From Octopus vulgaris (Eukaryota), in the NCBI GenBank assembly GCA_951406725.2, contig CATOCA020000022.1, positions 2,001-66,000 of the forward strand: DNA of 64,000 nt, written 5' to 3'. The notes beneath the pieces are model-generated. The model searched no databases and was not told where the DNA came from. It saw only the letters and a list, made by a program, of their open reading frames with translations. Shown piece after piece: positions 25,427 through 37,339 of the stretch. The position numbers and the translations under genes were made by a program. Position 1 is the stretch's first letter. The number at the start of each line of letters is the position of its first letter.

Positions 25427-26627
25427 CACAAACATGACAAAAGTAAATAGATACCCATTAACACATTGTTATTATAACTTGAAGAGGTTTATATTTTTTT
25501 TATTAATTGACATTTATATGTTTCAGGTTCTATATGTAACTGTTTAATCATGCCATGTACAAAAGAAGCCTTAAAAATGTCCAATTTACAAAGAGGCCAT
25601 ATGCTGCACCTATTTCAAGGCTGACTTAGCCTAAAACCACAGAAAACATTGTGATTCTACTTTCTACAGTAAATAGAGTAATTTTTCAATTCACTAAACG
25701 GGAAAGTAGTCCATATCACCTTACCCAGGTAGACTAAGGCCCTCTGACAACACTTTGCTTTCTTAAGAGAAGTGTGTAAGATAATCCTCATTGCAAGGCC
25801 TCCAATATAGCAGAATAAGTTGATGTCAGTCCCAGAATAGCTGTCAGTTATCTCCGCAAAATTGGCTATTATGGCAGAGCAGCAAGAAAGAAGACACTGC
25901 TTCGACCAGCCAATATCAAATGGAGAAAAGATTGGACAAGTGAAATGGTAGAGAGGTCACTAGCACTTTGGGACACAGTCAAATCCTCTGATGAATCCAG
26001 ATTTGCTGTATTTTCTGACACTGATCGAATGTGGGTCTGGAGAATCAGTCACCAATATTTTCACGTGAATATATTGCAGCCAACAATGAAACATGTGATG
26101 GTCTAGAGAGCAGTTTGGAGCAATAGTCAATCAGAAATGGTGGAATGTGAGGGATACATAAACTCAGATAAATATGTGTCCATATTATAGAAAAATCTTC
26201 TTCCTATAACCTCCAGGAGTAAAATGATTAAATAACACTATTTATGGAAGATAGGGCTTTCTTGCACAACTAAAAGACCCAGGATTGGTTGGAAGAGAAT
26301 GGCATTAAAAAGCTTCCATAGCTAAGCCAATCACCAGATATGAACCCTACTGAACACATCTGAGGCATGATGGATGAGATACTTCCTAAAAAGAAAAAGA
26401 AAGCATCCTTAAAGCCAGATCTTTTGATATTACTGCAAGAAACTTGGCAAGAAAATCATGAAGAGAATATTCATCAGATCAGTAGCATGCCTGCTAGGGT
26501 CCTTGCATTCAAAAATGCAAGGAGCCTGTCTACTAAATATTAGATATTCACATTATAATAATTAATAAATAATTTAAATAAATTTTAACAATTATAAGGA
26601 TGTCTATTTAATTCTGTCATGTCTATG
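25427..26627 (+). mobile_element. Tc1-family DNA transposon fossil
   Basis: Imperfect ~27-bp TIRs (cacaaacatgacaaaagtaaataga / tctatttaattctgtcatgtctatg) with TA flanks; GYYGRAARKKTLL, WDTVKSSDESRF, QSPDMNPTEHI, SMPARV...TKY*. Confidence 0.88.
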
Positions 26628-26869
26628 TAGTTTTTGAAGCAAAACACAATGGAAACATTAATATTAAGACCTTTTCAAAAATCTCTCTCAAGCTTTTCAT
26701 GCACACTAAGATTTTATTGACATTCATTCAAATTCACTCATTCCAACATGAAACAATTTTTTCCATCAAAAACTTAGTGATGTTTTCACTGTCTCTAATT
26801 TGATCTAGATCCTCTAAGTGTCTCTAATGCATTCATGCCTTAATTTCAATTTGTTCCCTAGATTTTTCC

Positions 26870-27300
26870 TCAGGGCCAACTCACCAAACAGAAATTAATG
26901 AGACCTAATTGCCTTTCATCTTGATCACATAAATACTCCCACATATTTGGTGCTCAAATACAGCATGCTCCACACTAGGAGATTGACAGTTACCCAGTAT
27001 ATGCAAAAATCGAAAACATTTGCAGTACTAAACAAGCCATTACTATTGCATTTTCTGGCTTCATGTTTCCCAATTATATCCCAATTTTTTTTATCTCTGA
27101 AATCACCAAGTATGAAGATTTTATAAGCAGAAAGAATACTGCACAGAAGCTTTTTTCATGAAAGATAAAATATTAGTCCTTTTTTTCTCTTCAGAGGAAC
27201 ACATGGTTGGAGGGTAGACACTTACTAAGGTAACAAATCTCTTGTTTGACAATGGCAATCTCACTGACATCAAGGTAATCAGTAAATCCAAAGAGTTCAT
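26870..27300 (-). pseudogene. Degenerate APE endonuclease fragment of an RTE-like LINE
   Basis: LMSVRLPLSNKRFVTLVSVYPPT...SEEKK followed by an ILGDF-like motif. Confidence 0.65.
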
Positions 27301-28884
27301 AATCTTAGATGCCAATATTTCACAAACATTCAATGGTCTGTACTCTCTTGCAGTAGCAAGATGACACATAGGCCCAGGCAGCAATACTGTGGGACACCTT
27401 CCAAGCCAGACCTTTCACTATCCATTCCACATCCCTTCTTGACATTACTCTAAATTATTTTGATTTTTCAATGAGTATTTTGCACTTTTTGTCAACAGTT
27501 ACCTATAACATGCATCACATAATTGATATGGTGTATACACACACATGCAATAAGCTTCATATAGTTCCCATCAACCACTTTCACTAAAAATGCATTTGTT
27601 GGTCCCTACCTATAGTCGAAGACTCTTGCCCAAAATGCCACACAGTAGAACTAGACCCTAAACCATGGCATTGGGAAACAAACATATTTTAAATTTGCAA
27701 ACATATATGTCTTATGGAAATTGTTCAATATACACAGAGAAACAGTTGTTCAATTTACAAACAGCTATGGTTAACTAACAGAAAACTTAATTTAACAAAA
27801 AAATTATGTACTTACATATAGGTGAAGCTTCGCATGGGCTACTTGCTTGGTAAAATCTACATGTATAAAGAAAAGTCTACATGTATAAACTGTTGTGGTG
27901 AGAGTCATTGGCACCCCTATGGGATTGGAAGAATGGACTAGCAAAACTCTTATAAAAAAATTAGCATATTGGTTGAGACAAAGAGAGTCATTGGGAGTTC
28001 ATGGAAGTTGTTGACATTGTTCAGAGTTTATATTTATTAGAAGTATTGTGTTTAGTAGAGTAATCTGAAGTGGGTTGTGTGAAGACAGTTGTGTCTATCC
28101 CCGCTTCGTGAAATTTGCATATCCAACATATAGAAGGATATAAAATAAACAAAAGTTCGCATGTAAACAAATAAGTGTAATCATTCATTTTTTAACTCTG
28201 AAAGTAAAAATGAAAAACTTCCTAATAGTAGCGAAAGGAAAATTTTGGCTTTAATATCAGTTCAATACTCTTTATTTGAAGTGACAAGCAGCCAAGTATT
28301 ATGCAAATGGAAACTTTTACATGTCTCATGTTACATGCATATATATGCATGCTTGCACCCAGTTTCTGTGCACATCTATAGACTTAACTTTTTTTTTCCT
28401 TTGCATGCAACTCTTTTCTCATGAGAAGAATATCTCCTCCTCATTTTATAACTCTCCCGTCTTTTTCTTACCATATCACCATCGTCACATCAACAGAGAC
28501 ATTAAGGCTGCACAATAGCAGTCGACAAGGCATGTATAACGATTAAATAAAAAAAAATGTGTCTATATCTTCGATCACTGTCATTATTCCATTGAGTCAA
28601 CCTCATTGTTTTCTACATAGCAGACCGTTACATAAACAGGCAAAGGTAATCTCTCGTTTTAACTCGAAATAATGTAAACACTGAATCGGCCATACATACA
28701 TACACACACACACACATACATAGATAGATACATACACACACACACACACACACACATACATGCATACATACATATACACATACACCGAGTAAAAAATTTC
28801 AGTTATCTCTCTCTGTCTCTTCACACACACTAACAGAAGCACTTCACTTACACAACATACTTTCTGTCTCGCACACCCCATCAA

Positions 28885-28915
<31 letters not shown>

Positions 28916-29595
28916 CATCAAAGCTTCCCATTCGCGGTAACTTCAAAAAGAAATTCCCTCCTCATACAATCGCTTCCTCTTAGTCTCTTTCGCTCTCATT
29001 ACTTCAAAAGTTCCCGCAAACCCATATGTAAAAAAAAAATAAAAGTTTTTTACGGAAATCGACGGAAAGGTCTACTAGAAACGAAAGATAATCTTTCGTT
29101 TTAACCAACATCTTAATTATGAACCTCAACTCCAAACTTTTTATACATTTTGCCACTAAATAAAATGAAAACCGAGCGGCCTTCCGTCACAACAGACTTC
29201 CTTCAGCTTTTCTCTTTACATCGTCACCAACTACTCTCACTTATTTTTTCTAGATATTAACAATAACAATAATAATAATTTCTTACCTACTTCTTTCATA
29301 ATTGTTAGCTGCAGGAAAAACATTCAAAGACGAAAATTCAATAAAAAAACAGAGACCGTCGCCATTGAAAAGCATACGACAACAATCCCACAATGCTTTG
29401 CGAAAAGTCAGACACCAGTTTTTAGCCGCCATAGTTTCGTATTTGCTTGGTTCATAAATTGTAAAATAGATACATTTACAGCTTATTTTCTTCTGTTTTT
29501 TTTTTTTGCGGAACACGTACAAAAATACGGAGTTTATGATTCATGTGTGAGTGTGTGTTCTTGATAATCGTTTAGAACAAGTATTCTATAAGCAC

Positions 29596-29627
<32 letters not shown>

Positions 29628-29847
29628 CATGTAGTAATCCATGCATAAATGTTGAAATGCATGGTACTAAAATACATATATGCAGTTATATATAACCGTG
29701 CGAGCGTACATTGTTTGATACGTATGTACATATGTGTAGATGTATATGTGTGTACACGTGTCTGTGTATGTGTGTGCCGTATGTTGTGTATATTTGTGTA
29801 TAAATATGTACATGCACATGAGCACATTGTATTATATATGTATGCAT

Positions 29848-30243
29848 ACTCTTTACTCTTTTACTTGTTTCAATCATTTGACTGCGGCCATGCTGGAGCA
29901 CCGCCTTTAGTCGAGTAAATCGACCCCGGGACTTATTCTTTGTAAGCCCAGTACTTATTCTATTGGTCTCTTTTGCCGAACCGCTAAGTGACGGGGACGT
30001 AAACACATCAGCATCGGTTGTCAAGCAATGCTAGGGGGACAAACACAGACACACACACATACATACATATATACATATATACGACAGGATTCTTTCAGTT
30101 TCCGTCTACCAAATCCACTCACAAGGCATTGGTCGGCCCGGGGCTATAGCAGAATACACTTGCCCAAGATGCCACGCAGTGGGACTGAACCCGGAACCAT
30201 GTGGTTGGTTAGCAAGCTACTTACCACACAGCCACTCCTGCGC
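29848..30243 (-). mobile_element. tRNA-headed SINE, full length
   Basis: Reverse complement of the SINE consensus, with head, core and tail intact. Confidence 0.92.
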
Positions 30244-30719
30244 ATGTAAAATATATTTAAAAAAAACAATAAAATAAAACAAGTTTGAATTTTAACCATT
30301 GTCCTTGGAAAAATTGTCATATATATGTATAGAAAGAGCCATATACATCGATGACATAGTTTTCCGATCGGTCACGGTTGGAACGTCTCTCCGATCACCC
30401 ATAATCCACCTACTGGTTCAGTAAAGACTGTAGAAGTAGGGGTTTTAAACATGATCGACAACGCGGATTTCAGCAAAAACCACGCACCATAAGGAAACAA
30501 ACTAAAACCGTGTTGTTTACAATGTTTATATGTATTTAAATGTGTAATATACTGACCTTTTCATTGTCCAAGGTGGAGGTAAGGGACTGGCCTAAGGCTT
30601 CATTCAGTGTGGGGGTGATCGTAAGTCCACGACAGGGTGACCATTTGGACACACGAGCGGAAGAGATAGCAACATAATAATCCTTGTAGTGAGTTTGATA
30701 ATGGCTTTTAAACATTGCA

Positions 30720-31070
30720 CTAAGAGCTGCTGCTGATGGTGGTGGTAGTAAAAGGTAAAAAGTGCGTCGTGGTGAGATGAAGTCACTCTGTACTGATGGT
30801 GGTGACGGTGTTGTGGTGTGGTGAGAGATAATGTCGTGATAGAACACTCTGTACCGATGAGAGTGGTGATGGTGACTGTTGTGGTTGTGGTGAAAGTTAC
30901 TCAGAACTGATGTGGGGCTGGCGGGAGATACCGGTGTACCGATGATGGTGATAGTGGTGGGGAGAAGTTACTCTACTGATGGGGTGGTGATAGCGACTGT
31001 ATAATGATGGTGGGAGTGGTGGTGAGCGGTTACAGTGTACGAATGATAGTGGTGGTGGTAGAGAGAGAGA
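30720..31070 (+). repeat. Degenerate GGT/GAT-rich minisatellite
   Basis: Recurring actctgtac(t/c)gatg...gtggtga units. Confidence 0.55.
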
Positions 31071-31359
31071 GAGAGAGAGATAGGTAGACTGTAGTAGTAG
31101 TAGGAGGAACACAAACGCACACACTCGAACACATAGAAATAAATACATTCACTCACACACAAACGTATGCGCACACAGTACCTGGATCTGTAAAACAGAT
31201 CAAAGATAAAATACAAGAGATCGTAAGATCATTTCCAGTTTTCCACACGCACATATCAACACTTGTCAATGAACGTAGTGCACCAAATTACCAAACTCCC
31301 AACAGGTCAGGGGTCACTTCAACGTATCCTGATTGATATTGCTATCTGACCTATTTCCA

Positions 31360-31860
31360 ACACAGAAATGAAAACACTCACTCACACACACGCACAAACA
31401 CAGAAATGAAAACACACAGTTACACACTCACAAACGCACAAACTCGAACACATAGAAATAATTACATTCACTCACACACACGCACGGAAATGAAAATAAT
31501 CACACATACTCACACACAGAAATGAAAACACAGTTACAAACTCACACACCTAGCAATGAAAACACACATGTACACACTCACTCATTCACACACACACACA
31601 CACACTCAGGCACAAACATTGAACCGGAAACACTCTGTCACACAGGTGCGCGCAAACACAGACACAGAAATTAAAGCACACACACACACATATTGGCTTA
31701 CAAACACACTCATTTAATTTCTTCAGAATGTCAAAGTTTTAAAGTCAACATATTTAAAGCATAAATACCTACAAGTGTGCATCTTTGCATGTATCTATGT
31801 GTGTGTGTGTTCGGACGTATGTGTGTTTGTGCGTGTTTGAGCACAGTCCACACATACGCT
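31360..31860. repeat. CA-rich degenerate minisatellite plus an inverted homolog of a subtelomeric module segment
   Basis: cacagaaatgaaaacac units as at 10440-10850 and 52710-53115; 31720-31860 is the reverse complement of ~55535-55660. Confidence 0.7.
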
Positions 31861-31947
31861 GCCGTAACGTAACGGTTAGAATGAGTACTAGCATTCCAAA
31901 GAATAAGTCCTAGAGTACGTTTTGTTTGACTAAAGACGGTGCGCGGG

Positions 31948-32029
<82 letters not shown>

Positions 32030-32039
32030 AATACATAAT

Positions 32040-33830
32040 AATAATGGCCTCCACTCATGACCGAGGAAGACCATTGCCGACCTTCAGGAACATTGTGCGC
32101 TCTAGGACTAACTTATATTTTGCATTTGCGGCTCCGTTGGTGGCTAATGAGCCCTGCTCTTGACAAGCATACACGACTGCAAACATTGCAGACCAAGCTT
32201 TCCCCATTCACTATACGAGCCGTGTGCTTTCGCGCAGCTCGCTTAAGTTCTTCATGCTGGATACGTGCTCTCTCAAAAGTGTCCTCCATCTGTGGCGATG
32301 ACAGGTATTGCTCTCCCAGTCAGTGTCCTGCATATCACAGGCCTTTAATGAGGACTTGACACAGTCCTTAAATCGCAGCCTTGGTTTCTGCCGGACTCTC
32401 CTTCCATTCACAAGTTCTCCATAGAGCATCTGCTTAGGAATCCTTCTATCCTTCATTCGAATAAGGTGTCCAGTCCAACGCAACCGGTGCTTGTGCACCA
32501 CCGCTTCAATACTCAAGATATCAGCTGTCCTCAGGATCTGTGTGTCGGGAGTTTTTGAAGTCCAGCCAACATTGAGAATGTGTCTGAGACATCTCTGATG
32601 AAAACGTTCAAGGACCCTTACCTGACGTTTGTACAGAGTCCATATCTCACATGAGTAGAGAAGCGATGTCAGTACATAAGTACGGTACACAGCAACTTTT
32701 GTTCTCCTTGCGATGCCATGTTGGTACCAGACACGAGACTGAAGAGACTGGAAGGAATTAGTTGCTCTCTGCAACCTGAAAGATAGTTCCTCATCCAAGG
32801 AGCAAGAACGGCTGAGTGTGCTGCCCAGATAGACAAACTTGTCTACTACCTTCAGAATTGTTCCTTCAACGAAGATAGCTGGTTCTATATATGGATTTCC
32901 GGGTGCAGGCTGGAACATTACAACAGTCTTGTCCAGGCCAATGCTGAGTCCAAATGCTCTGCAAGAAGCAGAAATGCAATTCATGATTATTTGCATGTCA
33001 TCTACTGTATGAGTGACTAAGTCACAGTCATCTACATAAAGGAGGTCACGAATAATAGTCTGGAAAACCTTTGAATTGGCAGCAAATTGGCGAAGATTAA
33101 AGAGGCGGCCAGAAGATAGATATCTGATATATATTCCCAGAGAGCTAACCTTAGCAAAAGCATGAGTAAAAGTAGCAGCAAAGTAAAAGAAAAGAGAGTT
33201 GGGGCAAGGATGTCACCCTGCTTGACACCATTCTCTACAGGAATGGGTCCCACCATGGCACCACCAACATTGACCTAAGCCTCCATCCCATCATGAAATG
33301 ATTTAATTATAGATACAAAGTGATCCGGACATCCAAGTTTGCCAAGTATTTTCCATAGAAAGGCCCTATTTACGGTATCTAAGGCCTTAGCTAAATCAAT
33401 GAATACCTGGACAAGATCCATATTCTGCTCATAGCACTTCTCATGCATCTGTCTTGCTGTGAAAATCATATCCATTGTCCCTCTACCAGATCGGAAGCCA
33501 CATTGAGATTCAGATAGGACATCATTTACGAGACACCCATTCAGACGGGCAAGAAGAATATTTACCAGAACCTTACCAGCAGCTGATAGTAGAGCAATAC
33601 CTCTGTAGTTACCACACATTGTTCTGGCTCCTTTTCCTTTATATAGAGGAAGAATAATTGCATCCTTCCAGTCTTTATGGATTGCACCATCCCTCCAGAC
33701 TGCACTAATAAGTTCATGAAGGGACTGCGTGATGCAATTACCACCAAATCGCAAGACCTCAGCACAAATTCCATCCTTTCCAGGTGCCCTACCAAGATTC
33801 AATTTACTTATTGATGTCATTACTTCATCT
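32040..33830 (-). mobile_element. 5'-truncated RTE/BovB-like LINE; RT pseudogene
   Basis: [62 protein letters not shown]; terminal CxxC...H; (ATT)n tail; frameshifts. Confidence 0.92.
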
Positions 33831-33887
33831 ATATACATATATATACAAGTATATATATATGCAAACATACACATATCAATATATACA

Positions 33888-33936
<49 letters not shown>

Positions 33937-35261
33937 TACATATACATACATAGATATATACATATATATATTTATATATATTTACATACATATATACGTG
34001 CATTTACCCACACACGCATATATCCACTGAATATGGCCAATAATATTCCAAAACACTACTGGGTTGAAAATGTAATCAGTTCACTGATAAACGCTTGGTA
34101 CACTCACCAAAACGATTGTGTAAAAGCTAATGTTTACAGTAAACTCGCTGAAAAATTAGCAAAACATTCAGAAGACGATACAAAAAACACGGACGGGTCA
34201 TTCGAAGCCTTCAATCTTCAGTGAAGAACCGGATCATCCTCGCAATTTCGGCTGATTAATTTTGAGATTGCTCCAATCTGACCAGCCCCAAGGAAAAACT
34301 AAGCTAAGCGCATTAGATTCCTTGGAAAAAAGCTTCGAATGTATACGAAACAAGGACAGAAAAACGGACGATGTTATACGAATATGAATACAAAAATAAC
34401 ACGAAATAACAATAATAATATATATATATGCGACAGGCTTCTTTTAGTTTCCATATACCAAATCCACCAGACTATAGTAAAGACAGTTGCACAAAGTACA
34501 GTGCAGTGGAACAGAAACCGGAACCATTTCGTCGGAAAGCAAATATTATACCACAGAGCCGCCTGCGCCTACACACAGATTGCAGCCACATCTTCCTCGA
34601 ATCGTAGCATAGTGTTTAGAAGAGTCACGTGGTATAAGGTAGTTTTAAATGCAGTGAAATCGAAAAACAAAAAGTACGGGAAGATATGGTTGGTTGGGAT
34701 CATCGGCGAGGTCGATCAATACTTACCTAGGGTTAAATAATATCAAACCTATATAGCATTTTTTATCATCTCTCTTTTAAGCTGCCGTGTGTATGACATA
34801 TGTGATGGCATGTATGGTCTACACAGGTGCCGGAACTGATCTTTTTAGGTGCACTCGAATTTTGATAAAGGTTTTAAAAATGCATTTAACCCTGTGAGTG
34901 AGTGAGTGAGTGAGTGAGTGAGTGTGAGTGTGTGTGTGTGTGCGCGCGCGCGAAAATATTACCTAACGGCAAATATGATCGGATAAAGGCCCTTTGGCAT
35001 GTTCAACAAGGCGATAATCAGAACATGAAAATTCAGTCATCTCTATGTTCACAATGTACACACACACAGACATGCACACCTCACGTACACACACACACAG
35101 GCAAACACACACATAAAGCTGAAGATATAAGTATAGACACACATACATACATTATATATATGTATGCCCAAAATGCCACGCAGTCGGACTGAACCCGGAA
35201 CTCTATGGGTGGTAAGCGAGCTACTTACCTCACAGTCAGTCCTACGCCTATATAAATATAT

Positions 35262-35319
<58 letters not shown>

Positions 35320-35320
<1 letters not shown>

Positions 35321-36986
35321 TTATCATCATCATCATCGTTTAACGTCCGTTTTCCGCGCTAGCACGGGTTGGACGGTTCGACTGGGGTCTGGGAAGCCAG
35401 GGGCTGCACCTGGCTCCAGTCTGATCTGGCAGTGTTTCTACAGCTGGATGCCCTTCTTAACGCCAACTACTCCGCGAGTGTAGTGAGTGCTTTTTACGTG
35501 CCACCTGCACAGGTGCCAGGGGGTCTGGCATCGGCCACGATTGGTTGGTGCTTTTAACGTGCCACCGGCACGGAAGCCAGCCGAGGCGGCGCTGGCATCG
35601 GCCACGTTCGGATGGTGCTTTTTATGTGCCACCGGCACAGAAGCCAGTCGAGGCGGCGCTGGCATCGGCCACGTTCGGATGATGCTTTTTATGTGCCACC
35701 GGCACAGAAGCCAGTCGAGGCGGCGCTGGCATCGGCCACGTTCGGATGGTGCTTTTTATGTGCCACTGGCACAGGTATCACAACTACTATTTCCATTGAT
35801 ATTTGTTTCGATGTTCATGTACATGCACTTGACTCAACAGGTCTCCTCAAGCACAGCGAGATGTTCTGGGATCCAAGGTACTTTGAATGGGCAGGGGCTA
35901 TGCGGAACTGGTGCCGGAAGCATCCCGGGTCTTTGCAGTCACAGCACATCTCCAGAGATCTCGGTCCTTCGCCATTGCCTCAGTGAGGCCCAACGCTCTG
36001 AGGTCATGCTTGACAACCTCATCTCATGTCTTCCTGGGTCTACCTATCCCCCTGATTCCTTCAACTGTTTGGGAGCGGCACTTCTTCACACATCTCTCCT
36101 CATCCATCCACAGTACATGACCATACCATCGCAAGCGTCGCTCTTGCACACCACATCTGATGCTTCTTATGCCCAGCATTTCTCTCAAGGTGCTTACACT
36201 CTGTCGTGCGTTCACACTGACATTACACATCCAGCGGATCATGCTAGCTTCATTTCTTTCAAGTCTACGCATGTCCTCTGCAGTCACGGCCCATGTTTCA
36301 CTATCGTGAAGCATGGCAGTTCACACACATGCATCATACAATCTACCTTTCACTCTGAGTGAGAGACCCTTTGTCGCCAGTAGGGGTAGGAGCTTTCTAA
36401 ACTTTGCTCAGGCTATTCGTATTCTAGTGGTGACACTCTCTGAGCATCCACCTTCACTACTAACTTGGTCACCCAGGTAGCGGAAACTATCAACTACTTC
36501 TAGTTTCTCCCCCTGGGGTGTGATGGAATCTGTTTTCTGAGTATTTGTGGTGTCTATTGTCCCTGTGCATCTGCCGCACATGAAAGCTATCTTATCAGTT
36601 AATTTCCCTTTGATGTTGCTGCACCTCTTATGCGTCCATAGCTTACACTGGATGCATCTTATGGAGTTTCTACCTACACCTTTCCTACAGATCGAGCAGG
36701 GCCACCTGCCCGATGGGGTGTGTGCTGAGTTCGCCTTTCTGCTTACTATAACTTTGGTCTTTGCTACATTTACTCTAAGGCCCTTTGACTCTAACCCTTG
36801 TTTCCACACCCGAAATTTCTTTTCTAGTTCCGGTAGTGATTCTGCTATGAGAGCCAGGTCATCAGCATAGAGGAGCTCCCAGGGGCAACCTGTTTTGAAT
36901 TCCTCTGTTATTGCCTGGAGGACTATGATGAATAAAAGGGGACTGAGGGCTGAGATTTGGTGTACACCTACTTCTACCAGGAATTC

Positions 36987-36988
<2 letters not shown>
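35320..36988 (-). mobile_element. RTE-like LINE, 3' half
   Basis: GVHQISALSPLLF, ELLYADDL, Cys-rich insert, FRYLGD, RLRWYGHV; (GAT)n tail next to (GATA)n. Confidence 0.92.
35487..35775. repeat. 67-bp GC-rich tandem repeat (~4.3 copies) in the RTE 3' UTR
   Basis: gtgctttt...gtgcc anchors at ~35551, 35618, 35685, 35752. Confidence 0.9.
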
Positions 36989-37068
<80 letters not shown>

Positions 37069-37339
37069 TACATACATACATACATACATACATACATACA
37101 TACATACATACATACATACATACATACATACATACATACATACATACATACATACATACATAGGGACAACAAAATACCAAATAAAATATGATGACCTCGA
37201 AGACAGAATATTCCGGAATTGGTAACTTGATCTGTTAACACTTTTGAATTAATAAAGAGTCCAAAGTAAGAATGCTGTGTGTGTGTGTGGTAGGTTGTAT
37301 GCATATATCTGATAATAGCGATAATGAGATACACACCTG

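Noticed and set aside
34718-34740. U1 snRNA 5' end (ATACTTACCT); also U2-like ATCGCTTC at ~28969
   Set aside because: Similarity ends after ~10 nt; no snRNA body or Sm site.
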